Shown: one piece after another, positions 28,079 to 38,404 of the stretch
Numbering within the stretch: the first letter of the stretch is position 1
How the letters are laid out: each line of letters begins with the position of its first letter
IMG/VR virus record: IMGVR_UViG_3300042562_001235
Coordinates: 1-64,000 of that record
Origin: a virus
Length of the DNA: 64,000 nucleotides
Reading direction: 5' to 3' (one strand)
Made by a program: the position numbers and the translations under genes
Notes under the pieces: model-generated
What the model saw: the letters and a program-made list of their open reading frames with translations, nothing else
Databases searched by the model: none
Told to the model about the DNA's origin: nothing

Positions 28079-29260
28079 ATGTCAAAAATCACAGAAATTA
28101 AAAAACAGTATCCTGAGTTAAACATATCAATAATCGATTTGTTTTTAAAAATGGATAGTACCAAAACAAACAAATACTTGCCTTTAATGTGTAAATTATT
28201 TTCATCAAGATTCCAAGTGAATAAATTATGGCACAAACGTGACGAAGAAAATGAAATGAATCATATTAAAGAAAGATTGGACCTTATGGGTTTAAATTAT
28301 AATGGTATGTCAAATAATGAAATTTATGCTCATTATTGTTTATCAGACCATTTTAGTAATGAAGATATGCAACTTTTAGCATCATTTCGAAAATATAATG
28401 AAAGAGGTTTAATACTAAATAATGATGTCACTTCTTACCAAAATTTTGAACAAATCAGGTCATCTGTTGGATTAGCATCTCTAAAAGAAGATGAGAAAGA
28501 ATTGAGGTCTCAAATCGTTAGAGAACACGATGACGAAACTTGGTTGGCATTAAGACCATTAACATTTGGAGCGTCATCCAAATACGGAGCGGCAACTAAA
28601 TGGTGTACAACTTACCAAAATGATAAACAGTATTTTGAAAGATATTGGAAAAGAGGTATTTTAGTTTATTTTATTAATAAAATCACCGGATTAAAATTTG
28701 CCGTATTCAAAGCTCTTGATGGAGATAAAGAATTAAGTTTTTGGAATGCTGCGGACCAAAGAGTCGATTTCTTGGAATTAGATATAGATGATTATATGTT
28801 CCCAATTATTAAACAAATTTTGAAATCGGAAGAAACCAATAGAGATTTGTCTTCAACTAAAATTAGAACACAAGTTCGTAAAGAATGTGGTCGTTCTATG
28901 GAAAAATCATTAGTTCAAGAAGATAGATATGAGGAGGTAGAAAGACCAATGTATGAGGTGGAAACACCAATGATGGAAGAGGCAATTCCACAAATTAATT
29001 TTAACATGGAAGAAAGACGTGTTGAACCTCGAGTTGTTCAATTAAGACCTTTAGGTAGAGAAATTAGAGAAGAAATGAACAATATCATGGAAGAAATTGG
29101 TGAAGATATGACTGAAGAAAATATTTCACCACTTAGAAGACGAATTCAAAATCTTAGAGAATCAATGGGAATAAGATTACAAAACATTGAAATCGGAGGA
29201 GCTCATCAAGTTGGAGAAGAAATCGGTTATGAAGAAGATTGTACCCAAAGTCCAGAATAA
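28079..29260 (+). CDS. hypothetical protein with an E/M-rich repetitive C-terminus
   Basis: 393-aa ORF. Confidence 0.55.
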   Translation: MSKITEIKKQYPELNISIIDLFLKMDSTKTNKYLPLMCKLFSSRFQVNKLWHKRDEENEMNHIKERLDLMGLNYNGMSNNEIYAHYCLSDHFSNEDMQLLASFRKYNERGLILNNDVTSYQNFEQIRSSVGLASLKEDEKELRSQIVREHDDETWLALRPLTFGASSKYGAATKWCTTYQNDKQYFERYWKRGILVYFINKITGLKFAVFKALDGDKELSFWNAADQRVDFLELDIDDYMFPIIKQILKSEETNRDLSSTKIRTQVRKECGRSMEKSLVQEDRYEEVERPMYEVETPMMEEAIPQINFNMEERRVEPRVVQLRPLGREIREEMNNIMEEIGEDMTEENISPLRRRIQNLRESMGIRLQNIEIGGAHQVGEEIGYEEDCTQSPE

Positions 29261-29294
29261 AAAAAAATACCCCAATTACGGGGTATTTTTTTTT
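29261..29294. terminator. bidirectional terminator (TACCCCAATTACGGGGTA)
   Basis: Hairpin flanked by A8 and T10, between convergent genes. Confidence 0.7.
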
Positions 29295-29859
29295 ATAATC
29301 CAAGTTGTTTCGAATATCGTCCAATATTACAAACCCAATAACCTGCAGTTGTTTTATCTTTCTTTTGGTCACATTTGTGTTTCTCTCTAAAAGATTTTAT
29401 ATCACCTTTATAATCATTTTTAATTTTTAATTTAGGGTCACCAAATGTAATTTTCTTAACACCGTTATCAGGTGTTTTAACATATACCGCAAATTTATTA
29501 GTTCCTTCTCTTTCAGGTTTATTTAAAATATTCTTTTCGTCCTCTGTTTCGTATATGTAAGGAGCGTCTAAATAAATCATTTCATCTCCTTTTTTAACCC
29601 TAACTCCCAAATCAGACTCAACCATTAAGGTGTCTTTTTCATTAAGGTCTATTTTACCCTCATTCCATAATGTCCTAACCTCATTAACCAAATCAAAATA
29701 TTTTTGAGAATAGGTTTTAAAAACATTATCGTTTAACGACATACCTTCATTAATGTGGTAAGATAATACTTCAGAAACTTTTACATCTTCTTTTAATATT
29801 AAAGTCTTATCTAAGTGAGACCCTAATGTCTCTTTAATTATTTCCCTTAAATTATTCAT
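29293..29859 (-). CDS. hypothetical protein
   Basis: 188-aa ORF. Confidence 0.5.
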   Translation of the reverse strand: MNNLREIIKETLGSHLDKTLILKEDVKVSEVLSYHINEGMSLNDNVFKTYSQKYFDLVNEVRTLWNEGKIDLNEKDTLMVESDLGVRVKKGDEMIYLDAPYIYETEDEKNILNKPEREGTNKFAVYVKTPDNGVKKITFGDPKLKIKNDYKGDIKSFREKHKCDQKKDKTTAGYWVCNIGRYSKQLGL

Positions 29860-29887
29860 TCTTTTTATTTTATTATAAATACTTCAA

Positions 29888-30346
29888 TTATTTTTGTTTT
29901 AAACTACGATAATACTTAATCATATTTTCACAATGATTAATTAACCAATCTTCAACTAAAGGTATTTGTTTAAGGAAACCCAATTCATATTGATAACATA
30001 AAATTTCTTCATCCCTCTCATCTAAAAATATGTTATTATTCCTATAATATAAATGTTTCGATTCATGAATAATTATGGCCGATAAATTGTTGATATTACC
30101 AGATTGAATGTCTTGTTTAGATATCAATATAACATCATTACCTTCAGTGGTTGAAAACTTATTATTCCAAAACCCTATCCGTTTACATTGTTTAATTACT
30201 ACGTCGTACTTGGATGAATCCACTTTTTGAATCACTTCCAAACTTTTTTCAACATTTTTTTTCCACCCTTCACCAACATCATCAATGATTATTTGTGAAA
30301 ACGATTGAATGGAAAATAACAACATTAATAATATGATAAATCTCAT
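29888..30346 (-). CDS. small secreted protein with an HESKH (HExxH) motif
   Basis: Signal peptide; IIIHESKHLYY. Confidence 0.45.
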   Translation of the reverse strand: MRFIILLMLLFSIQSFSQIIIDDVGEGWKKNVEKSLEVIQKVDSSKYDVVIKQCKRIGFWNNKFSTTEGNDVILISKQDIQSGNINNLSAIIIHESKHLYYRNNNIFLDERDEEILCYQYELGFLKQIPLVEDWLINHCENMIKYYRSLKQK

Positions 30347-30434
30347 GTTTTTTTATAAATAAATACCATAACTAAGGTGCCGAACTTTAATAAGAATATT
30401 TATAGGTAATAAATTACCAAGATATTATTAAACT

Positions 30435-32318
30435 ATGAAAAAACTTTTTATGGCGCTGTCATTCCTTATAATGACTTCACTGGGTTATTCCCAAATTTGT
30501 CCGACACCGACAACTACCGGAGTTTTTGTTACATTAGACGCAACCTATCAATTAGCACCGGCATCTGCTGGTAATACTGAAGTAGGTTTATGTTTTTTTA
30601 ACAATACTACGGAGTTAGTTACGGCTGCTCAGTTTCGAGTGTTTTATGATACCGCAGCATTCACATCAGTGTCTTCTGTTGTATCGTCAAATACATCGTT
30701 TCCTCAATATATTCAATTTCAGGATAGTCCTGCTAATGGATATGTTACGATTACTCTAACTTACACAGGTAATGATTCCAATTTTGAATTATCAGATGGG
30801 TCATTTGTAAAATTAAATTTAGTACACTCAGCAAATTTTGCGAGTTTGTCGTCTGTTCAACCCATGACATTTAGTGGTGTTCAAACATTCCCACAAACTG
30901 CAACAAAACAAAATGGTTCTGACTATACTTTAAATTTACAAAACTTTGGTGGAGCGTTTTTACCTCAACTATTTTCGTTTAGTGGTACATTCACTAACGT
31001 AACAGGAACGGGGTCAAAATTAATTCCGGTTATTTTAGAGAAAAAATTAATGACATCTTCAACTTGGGTTCAAGCGTCAACAACACAAACAAATAACTCT
31101 GGTGTTTTCACATTTACGGATGTACCATTAGATGTTACAAGTTATGACGTTCGTATTAGAGTAGATGGTGAATCACTAACAATTGCGAATATCATTTCTA
31201 CATCTGACTCACAAAAAATCAACAGATTTGTTTTAGGTCAAGATACTCCAACAGGATTTGATTTCTATTCATCTGATGTTAATGGTGACAACAACATATC
31301 AATTTCTGATGTGTATGGTGTGTTTGGTAGAGTATCAGGAAGATTTAGTTCTTGGCCTAATACGGTTAAAGATGTTAAATTCTTCTCAGATTCAGAATAC
31401 ACTTCTATTAATGGAGCAACATCATCTTTACAATCTACAATTCCGGGTGTAACAAATCTTGTTTACAATATTTTACCGGGTACAACAACAGTTACTTTCT
31501 ATGTCTTAGTTAAAGGAGACGCTAATGGTACTGGTTTTAATATGGCTCGTATGACCCCAATTGAAATCGTAAACCCATTAAACGCACCATCAAATATTAT
31601 TGATGTTACAACAACTTATGACAACCCAACATTACAAACAATCGAATTAAACTATCCAAGTTTAACGGTAAATGAAAATAGTAGAGTTGAGGTTCCTGTT
31701 CTTGTAAAAACAAATGGAATTCAATTAGGTTCTTTACAACTAGCACTAAATTACAATAGTAATCTATTAGATTTTACAGGTGTTAGAGCGGAGAATAAAG
31801 TTAGTGGATGGATAACTTATGTTAACACAAATGATAATATTGTTGAGTGGGGTGGTTATGACCCAACAAAAAATACGAAATTATTAAACGACAACGAATT
31901 AGCATTCACGCTACAATTCATAGCGAAAGAAATTCAAAGTCAATGGGGTGTAAGTCCTTTATATGTTACAAAAAAATTCTCAGGAAATTCAATTGCTAAA
32001 GATTTGAAAATAATACCAACAAACGGAATTATTCAAATCATGAGAGTTATGAAACCAACCGATTTAGAATATATGGTGACATATCCAAATCCAACTGATA
32101 ATGAAATCACAGTCAAATTTACAGTAGAAAAAGAAGGTAATGTTTGGTTGTCTTTATATGATTTGGGTGGTAGAGAAATTAAAACAATTGTTCGTACTGA
32201 TTTAAATTCAGGAGAACACAGATATAGTACAAATGTTGGTCACCTTCCTTCAGGGACTTACATCGTTACTCTTAAAAAAGGTACGGGAATAGAATCTAAT
32301 AAGATTATCCGTAAATAA
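30435..32318 (+). CDS. secreted protein with a T9SS (Por) C-terminal sorting domain
   Basis: Signal peptide. The C-terminus LSLYDLGGREIKTIVRTDLNSGEHRYSTNVGHLPSGTYIVTLKKGTGIESNKIIRK fits the T9SS type-A CTD. Internal DVNGDNNISISDVYGVFGRVSGRFSSW motif is shared with 35350..36324. Confidence 0.6.
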   Translation: MKKLFMALSFLIMTSLGYSQICPTPTTTGVFVTLDATYQLAPASAGNTEVGLCFFNNTTELVTAAQFRVFYDTAAFTSVSSVVSSNTSFPQYIQFQDSPANGYVTITLTYTGNDSNFELSDGSFVKLNLVHSANFASLSSVQPMTFSGVQTFPQTATKQNGSDYTLNLQNFGGAFLPQLFSFSGTFTNVTGTGSKLIPVILEKKLMTSSTWVQASTTQTNNSGVFTFTDVPLDVTSYDVRIRVDGESLTIANIISTSDSQKINRFVLGQDTPTGFDFYSSDVNGDNNISISDVYGVFGRVSGRFSSWPNTVKDVKFFSDSEYTSINGATSSLQSTIPGVTNLVYNILPGTTTVTFYVLVKGDANGTGFNMARMTPIEIVNPLNAPSNIIDVTTTYDNPTLQTIELNYPSLTVNENSRVEVPVLVKTNGIQLGSLQLALNYNSNLLDFTGVRAENKVSGWITYVNTNDNIVEWGGYDPTKNTKLLNDNELAFTLQFIAKEIQSQWGVSPLYVTKKFSGNSIAKDLKIIPTNGIIQIMRVMKPTDLEYMVTYPNPTDNEITVKFTVEKEGNVWLSLYDLGGREIKTIVRTDLNSGEHRYSTNVGHLPSGTYIVTLKKGTGIESNKIIRK

Positions 32319-32386
32319 TTTATGGTGTCACAATTTGTGACACCAAAGCCTATAAGAAGGAAATAAACAATTAAAATTAAATTAAA

Positions 32387-32725
32387 ATGTCAGAAGAAAC
32401 GCAAGAAACACAAAATGATGGTACTTGGTCAGGATTAAAGAAAACTATAATAGGTACACTTACCACAGTTATTGGTGGTGGTGGTATATGGTTATCAACA
32501 CAATTATTTGGAGGTCATAGTGATGAAGAAGAAACAAAAACAGAACAAGTTGCACAACCTGCGGCAGCACCTGTAGTTATCAATCTACAAAACAACAACA
32601 CAAACCAACAAAAACAACAAAACAATGGTGGTGGTACTAACACAATCATCAGAGAAAAAGTTGTGGAAAAACCTGCGGCACAACCAGCACCTGCTAAACC
32701 AAAAGAAGAGGAAGACCCTTGGTAG
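32387..32725 (+). CDS. small membrane-anchored Pro/Gln-rich protein
   Basis: TM segment LTTVIGGGGIWLSTQLFGG followed by a low-complexity tail. Confidence 0.4.
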   Translation: MSEETQETQNDGTWSGLKKTIIGTLTTVIGGGGIWLSTQLFGGHSDEEETKTEQVAQPAAAPVVINLQNNNTNQQKQQNNGGGTNTIIREKVVEKPAAQPAPAKPKEEEDPW

Positions 32726-32726
32726 G

Positions 32727-33443
32727 ATGAAGAAGTTAGTATTACTATTACCTTTTTTACTTTTTTCGTGTATTGGATTATCTCAAACTATTGGAACCAT
32801 AAAAACTGAGGACTATAAAGCCGATTTTGAAAAAAAACAATCTTTAGATGTTGTTAGTGATTATAATGGTGACATTGTAATACCAATCCAAATATTAAAA
32901 ATTGGTATTAACGATGAGATATATGAGATGTACCCGGAACTAAAAGATAAACGAGTAGGTCTTGGGGTTGCAAATATTGTATTAGAGTATTTGGAATCAA
33001 CAGATAGGTTTAAATTCACTGAGGATAAAGCGGAAATCAAAAACAAAATGATTGCCCAAGATAAGGCATCTGATAAAGGAATTTCAAGTAATAAAATAGA
33101 AGTTAAAGGTAATGTAATTTTAGCGAACTATTTTGTTTACATAGAAGTTTACGATTTCAGTGTGTCGGAAGACGAAGTGATTAAAGGAAGTGAAGGTGCA
33201 AAAATAACTCAAACAACTCGTTTAGGTTTACAAATTAGATTTGTTGATGCACAAACAGGAGAAGTTATAACCGGTAGTGGGTTAGGTGAATCTAACACAG
33301 TAAAAACATCATCTCTTTTAGATGACGTAGATGAAATTAAATTTAACCAATCAACAATTGGTATATCAACAAAAAAATCTTTAGAAACCGCATCTTCAAG
33401 AGTTGTTTCTAAATTAATTAAAAAAGGGGTTTTTAAAGAATAA
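32727..33443 (+). CDS. lipoprotein
   Basis: ORF trimmed to MKKLVLLLPFLLFSC (lipobox). Confidence 0.5.
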   Translation: MKKLVLLLPFLLFSCIGLSQTIGTIKTEDYKADFEKKQSLDVVSDYNGDIVIPIQILKIGINDEIYEMYPELKDKRVGLGVANIVLEYLESTDRFKFTEDKAEIKNKMIAQDKASDKGISSNKIEVKGNVILANYFVYIEVYDFSVSEDEVIKGSEGAKITQTTRLGLQIRFVDAQTGEVITGSGLGESNTVKTSSLLDDVDEIKFNQSTIGISTKKSLETASSRVVSKLIKKGVFKE

Positions 33444-34900
33444 TGAAGACGATATTCTCATTTTTATTTCTTATATTTACAACTATGGTATTAGGTCAAG
33501 GGTTTACATATTCTTATGCAGACCCTTGTACTTCTAAAACCAAGGAAATTTACATACCAAACCCAAGCCAAAGTGTAGTACTATCATATAATGGTTCTGT
33601 TCAAAGTTTTACGTACGCTCAACTTCAATCAGGTGCCATGGAACAATGGATAAACCAAGTGGATTCTCAAAATCCATCAGGTCCTTGTAGTGGGGTTGGT
33701 TTATTACAAAACACATCAATAAACGCAACTATTGCTGCCAATAACATACAAGTAATAACTACTGTATTGACCTCAATGTCTTCAATATCATCTGCCGGTA
33801 TGTCAAATGTGGAAGGTGTTATTCAAGCGGATGAAAAAGTATCATCCAATAATGAAAGACAGAAGGATAAAACTAAAATAGAAAATAATGCAACAACTAA
33901 TATTAACGGAGGAAGTACAACAACTACTAACACAAATTCAGGAACTTCGCAAAGCGGGGGAAATCAAAACAATGGTTCAGGAGTTGGAAACGGAACTAAT
34001 CCGCAAGGAGGAACGACTTCAAATTCAAATGACCCAACTACAACAGGAGGTCAGTCGTCTCAGTCACCTGTAACTTCCGGTAATAATACAACACCAAATA
34101 CTAATAACTCCACAACACCAAATAATAATAATTCCTCAGGAGCAAGTAATATTACAGGTGGAATTAATTCTGTTAGATTAGATAATACCGAAAAATCTGA
34201 TAAAGAAAAACTTGATGACGCACAATCATCATCATCATCATCCTCTTCGTCAACTAAAAGTAAAGTCGCAGCTGTTAAAAAAGGTAGTTTAATGATGACA
34301 GGTGATATTGTTGTAATAGGGAGTGCCTCCGGTACTGACCCTTCTCAAATAAGAGTAAATACAAGTATTATTTCATCAAACACTAAAAATACGTTTGCAA
34401 AAGGAGCGTTAGTTAACTACACAAGTCAAATTAACAACACAAATATCACATTATTTGCGTCGTATCGTTATAAAAAATCAACAACTATTATCGCAAATTC
34501 ATCTATGATGAATTTTGATAAAGATTTTTTTAACACCACTTCAGTGATGGAGTCTTACCAAATAAAAAAAATCACCACAACGGTAGGGGTTAACTACACA
34601 ACAGGAAATTTAGGAGATTCTAAATTCCAAAGTATCTCAACATTAGGAGGTGGTTTTGGTAGTTTTAATGTTAATAAAAAAATGGGTTTAACAACAATGT
34701 TTGTTGTCGTATACTCACCTTTTGTTTATTACTATGAAGGAATATGGTATCAATCAGGTTTATTAGCGGTCCCATTTGTCGCTGTTGACTATAAACTAAC
34801 TAAAAAATTTAAACTAAACATAAGTTTTAGTGGTGTTCAACAAATAAATGACCAACCACTAAACTACCAAGTATTACTTGGAGCTAAAGCATTTTTATAA
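33443..34900 (+). CDS. secreted Ser/Thr/Asn-rich protein with a C-terminal beta-rich domain (outer-membrane/PorP-SprF-like?)
   Basis: Signal peptide; about 150 aa of N/T/S/G low complexity including a poly-Ser (TCA)n run; a beta-strand-like C-terminal 230 aa ending AKAFL. Confidence 0.5.
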   Translation: MKTIFSFLFLIFTTMVLGQGFTYSYADPCTSKTKEIYIPNPSQSVVLSYNGSVQSFTYAQLQSGAMEQWINQVDSQNPSGPCSGVGLLQNTSINATIAANNIQVITTVLTSMSSISSAGMSNVEGVIQADEKVSSNNERQKDKTKIENNATTNINGGSTTTTNTNSGTSQSGGNQNNGSGVGNGTNPQGGTTSNSNDPTTTGGQSSQSPVTSGNNTTPNTNNSTTPNNNNSSGASNITGGINSVRLDNTEKSDKEKLDDAQSSSSSSSSSTKSKVAAVKKGSLMMTGDIVVIGSASGTDPSQIRVNTSIISSNTKNTFAKGALVNYTSQINNTNITLFASYRYKKSTTIIANSSMMNFDKDFFNTTSVMESYQIKKITTTVGVNYTTGNLGDSKFQSISTLGGGFGSFNVNKKMGLTTMFVVVYSPFVYYYEGIWYQSGLLAVPFVAVDYKLTKKFKLNISFSGVQQINDQPLNYQVLLGAKAFL

Positions 34901-34902
34901 CC

Positions 34903-35349
34903 ATGAAAAAATTATTAATTACATTACTGATGTTAGGTTCATTAACATCATTCTCACAAAATTGTTACACTGTGAAAGACATTAAAAACAACGGAGAAAT
35001 CGAAGGGGTTAACCCAAAAAGATTTACTTTAGGTGTTAAACAAATAACCGAAGAAATATTATCGGTTAACAATACAATATGCGAAGATGGTAAACCTGTG
35101 TCAGTCTTAATCGAAAGTATTGAAGCACCTTCAACGGGTATATCATTAGGACCATTCGAAAGAAAAAGAAAAAAAACAATAGTTACTTTAATTATCACTA
35201 AAGATGGTAAAGAATATAAAGGTGTTGGTGATTCAAATACTGATGTAAAATCAACATTTATAGAATTACAGGATGAAAATCTCCCTTTTGAAAAATCGGC
35301 ATTTTCTTCGGCATTAAAAAAAGCAATACAAAACGCATTAGAACAATAA
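34903..35349 (+). CDS. small secreted protein
   Basis: Signal peptide MKKLLITLLMLGSLTSFSQ. Confidence 0.45.
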   Translation: MKKLLITLLMLGSLTSFSQNCYTVKDIKNNGEIEGVNPKRFTLGVKQITEEILSVNNTICEDGKPVSVLIESIEAPSTGISLGPFERKRKKTIVTLIITKDGKEYKGVGDSNTDVKSTFIELQDENLPFEKSAFSSALKKAIQNALEQ

Positions 35350-36324
35350 ATGACAAAGTTATTCTACATATTACTTTTATTTTCAACAATCTCTTGGAGT
35401 CAAAATTTTACTTACTCGGGTTATATCTATAACTCGGTAGGTGGTGGTATTCAAAATATGGAAGTAAAGTTGTATAAAAGAACAACACCAACTTTAAATG
35501 GGTTTACCTCTCAAAATAATTATAACGGACATTCATATTATCGTTCAACCGGTTCGATGACTTGGACGGATGCAAGACAGGCGTGTTTAAACATGGGAGG
35601 TCATTTAGTTACAGTAACTTCACCCGCTGAGAATAACTTTATATTTAATCTATGGCCAAATGGTTGGATTGGATTAACAGATGAAGTATCAGAAGGTACT
35701 TGGAGATGGGTTACAAATGAACCCTTTTCTTGGTCTAATTGGAATGGTGGGGAACCAAATAACGCAGGTAATGAAGATTATATTCAATTTGTTGGTGGTG
35801 GTAAATGGAATGATTTACCTAATATTTCATTACCATATGTTTTGGAGTTTGAGTATATTGTAACATTTACGGAATGGGCATACGTAAAAAGTGTTTACAC
35901 AGATTCTAATGGGAGATACTCAATTAATGAAGCTTCAAACCCTTCAGTTGAATGGTATTTACAAATTGGTACACCATCCACTCCACCTTTATTAGAAAAT
36001 GTTGATGCACAACAATCAAATACCAAATCAATATCAAGAACATTAACTTCATTAGATTATTATAGATATGACGTTAATAACGATGGTAGAATCAATATAT
36101 CGGATTCATATTACATTTTTATGAAAAAATCCGGTAGATTTTCTTCTTGGGAAACCTCACTTCCTAATTCAAGAATCTTCACACCATCACAATATTCAAT
36201 TCTAAATTCTTCAACTACTGATTTAAGAATTTCGTATCCCGGTGTTCAAAGTTTTACCATTAATTCTCCGATAAATGGGGGGTCTTCAAATTTTTATTTA
36301 ATAAGAACGGGTAAAAAGGACTAA
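35350..36324 (+). CDS. secreted C-type lectin domain protein
   Basis: Canonical CTLD: WTDARQACLNMGGHLVTVTS...WIGLTD...GEPNN...EDYI...WNDL, with EPN and WND Ca/mannose-type motifs. Also carries YRYDVNNDGRINISDSYYIFMKKSGRFSSW, shared with 30435..32318. Confidence 0.7.
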   Translation: MTKLFYILLLFSTISWSQNFTYSGYIYNSVGGGIQNMEVKLYKRTTPTLNGFTSQNNYNGHSYYRSTGSMTWTDARQACLNMGGHLVTVTSPAENNFIFNLWPNGWIGLTDEVSEGTWRWVTNEPFSWSNWNGGEPNNAGNEDYIQFVGGGKWNDLPNISLPYVLEFEYIVTFTEWAYVKSVYTDSNGRYSINEASNPSVEWYLQIGTPSTPPLLENVDAQQSNTKSISRTLTSLDYYRYDVNNDGRINISDSYYIFMKKSGRFSSWETSLPNSRIFTPSQYSILNSSTTDLRISYPGVQSFTINSPINGGSSNFYLIRTGKKD

Positions 36325-36361
36325 AGGTAAAGTATTTATAGTAATAAAAACGTAAATTACT

Positions 36362-37183
36362 ATGATACTAAAAAATGGCTCAAAAGGCGAAGAAGTTAAA
36401 AAACTTCAATCAAAATTAGGGACAACACCTGATGGTGTTTTCGGTCCCGGAACTGAAAAATTGGTTAAAGAATGGCAAACTAAAAATGGATTAACATCTG
36501 ACGGGATTGTTGGTGATGGAACTTGGAAAAAAATGTTTCCGGGGGAAATCATTAAAGAAGATGTCGTTATTCCATCGGGAGGACCATTAAAATTAGAAAA
36601 ATTAAAAGGACACATTCCGGAATCAGTAATTGTTCAAATTCCTGACACTGCAAAAAAATTCAACATCACTAATCCATTAAGATTAGCTCATTTCTTGGCA
36701 CAATGTGGTCATGAATCAGGTGGATTTAAAGCAGTTTCTGAAAATGTAAATTATTCTGCTGATGGTCTTAAAAAAATCTTCCCAAAATACTTTCCGGGCA
36801 ACTTAGCAGAATCTTACGCAAGAAACCCTGAAAAAATTGCATCAAAAGTATATGGTGGAAGAATGGGTAATGGAGATGAGGCATCAAAAGATGGTTTCAA
36901 ATTCAGAGGTCGTGGTTATATTCAATTAACAGGAAAACAAAACTATACAAACTTCGCGAAATTTATCGGTGAAGATACTGTATCAAATCCTGATTTAGTC
37001 GCAACAAAATATCCATTAGCATCAGCAGCATTCTTCTTCGACTCAAACAAACTTTGGTCTATTTGTGATAAAGGAGCTGACGACGCAACAGTAACGGCAG
37101 TAACTAAAAGAGTAAATGGTGGAACTATTGGTTTACCTGATAGAATTAAGCATTTTAAAGAATATTATAATTTATTAAAATAA
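36362..37183 (+). CDS. endolysin: PG_binding_1 domain plus glycoside hydrolase family 19 (lysozyme/chitinase-like) domain
   Basis: N-terminus KGEEVKKLQSKLGTTPDGVFGPGTEKLVKEWQTKNGLTSDGIVGDGTW. The catalytic region FLAQCGHESGGF...YGGRMGNG...FRGRGYIQLTGKQNY matches GH19. Confidence 0.8.
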   Translation: MILKNGSKGEEVKKLQSKLGTTPDGVFGPGTEKLVKEWQTKNGLTSDGIVGDGTWKKMFPGEIIKEDVVIPSGGPLKLEKLKGHIPESVIVQIPDTAKKFNITNPLRLAHFLAQCGHESGGFKAVSENVNYSADGLKKIFPKYFPGNLAESYARNPEKIASKVYGGRMGNGDEASKDGFKFRGRGYIQLTGKQNYTNFAKFIGEDTVSNPDLVATKYPLASAAFFFDSNKLWSICDKGADDATVTAVTKRVNGGTIGLPDRIKHFKEYYNLLK

Positions 37184-37210
37184 TTTTTTGATATTTTATT
37201 TTTTTCATTA

Positions 37211-37218
37211 CCTTTGTA
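37211..37218 (+). promoter_or_regulatory. -7 promoter box TACCTTTG, 16 nt before ATG
   Basis: TAnnTTTG; the same 16-nt spacing to the ATG as at 37613 and 38617. Confidence 0.45.
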
Positions 37219-37234
37219 AAAAAAAAATAAAACT

Positions 37235-37498
37235 ATGGCAATATCTACTAACTTAAAAGTGGCACTTACCAACTATAAATGGGCGGTAAAAGTTTTAGAA
37301 TCTTCTCAAACAAGAGAACATTTAGACTGTGCAGAAAAATGTTTTAATCTTTGGGTTATTAATCATTTGGATACCGGAGTTAATAGTATTGAATCAAAAT
37401 TCTTAAGAAGATTGAGAAATAATTTTTGGAGTAGTTTTCATCAAAAAAGAATTTCTATAACATTCAAAAAAAAGTTCGTTCACAATACGACTAACTGA
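37235..37498 (+). CDS. hypothetical protein
   Basis: 87-aa ORF. Confidence 0.4.
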   Translation: MAISTNLKVALTNYKWAVKVLESSQTREHLDCAEKCFNLWVINHLDTGVNSIESKFLRRLRNNFWSSFHQKRISITFKKKFVHNTTN

Positions 37499-37573
37499 AC
37501 TTTTTTAGAATATTAGTGTATTTATTCATACACACCACTCCTTTGAGAGTGTTCTCATATATCTTTTTCCAAA

Positions 37574-37610
37574 AGACCCGTAAATTTATTTTGACGGGTC
37601 TTATTTTTTT
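37574..37610 (+). terminator. rho-independent terminator (AGACCCGT...ACGGGTCT plus T-run)
   Basis: 8-bp stem plus TTATTTTTTT. Confidence 0.6.
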
Positions 37611-37612
37611 AC

Positions 37613-37620
37613 TATCTTTG
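37613..37620 (+). promoter_or_regulatory. -7 promoter box TATCTTTG, 16 nt before ATG
   Basis: TAnnTTTG. Confidence 0.45.
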
Positions 37621-37636
37621 TAAAAAATATTAAAAA

Positions 37637-38272
37637 ATGGAGCCAGAAAAAGACATATTTGAACAATGGGCGGAAAAACGTGAAAAACAACCATGGATTG
37701 TAAGAAAATTACGGTTTATTCCATTATGGTGGGACCACGAAGGGAAATATTTACATCTTGAATTCAAAAGAGGTGTAAAAAACCTAATTTATTGGTTCCC
37801 AATCATATGGAAAGACCGAAATTGGGATAGTCATTACATCTTTGAGATAATGAAACACAAATTATCGTCTCAAGCCGACTATATTGGTCGTAGAGATTTA
37901 CATACTCGAGCTCAGTTAGACGCAAAAAGAATGAAATTGTGTGTTAAACTAATGAAATTGGTTCAAGATGAGTTTTATTCGTCAGAATACTCAGATTATC
38001 ATAAAACAAAACATTGGTTTGAACCAGTTCCGGGTGACGAAAGATTATCATCTTGGGAATCAAGAACATTAGAGGAAAATTTTGACGATTATTTTAAAAA
38101 ATACCCATTAATTTACAAAAGAGTGTTAAATGGTGAGGGTATTATTAATAGAAAAGGTCGTGAGGATGATAAACAATTAATTGCTATGAATATCGGATAC
38201 ATAAATCACGATAGAGTTAGAAAATTGTTATTCAAAATAATGGAAGAAAACATCGAAGGATGGTGGGATTAG
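37637..38272 (+). CDS. hypothetical protein
   Basis: 211-aa ORF. Confidence 0.5.
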   Translation: MEPEKDIFEQWAEKREKQPWIVRKLRFIPLWWDHEGKYLHLEFKRGVKNLIYWFPIIWKDRNWDSHYIFEIMKHKLSSQADYIGRRDLHTRAQLDAKRMKLCVKLMKLVQDEFYSSEYSDYHKTKHWFEPVPGDERLSSWESRTLEENFDDYFKKYPLIYKRVLNGEGIINRKGREDDKQLIAMNIGYINHDRVRKLLFKIMEENIEGWWD

Positions 38273-38404
38273 TCTGACCGTAATATTTATCAATAAAATT
38301 ATAAATATGGAATCAGAATCTTATATTGGTTTAGTAATTTTTGGAGGATTTATTACCACCTTAATTATATCCGCAATTGTTGAAAAAATTAAAAACAAAT
38401 AGTT

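Noticed and set aside
35350-36324. C-type lectin as the variable protein of a diversity-generating retroelement
   Set aside because: No reverse transcriptase ORF and no template-repeat copy of the CTLD 3' end are recognisable in this window. The CTLD has canonical animal-type EPN/WND motifs rather than the Mtd-type fold signature.
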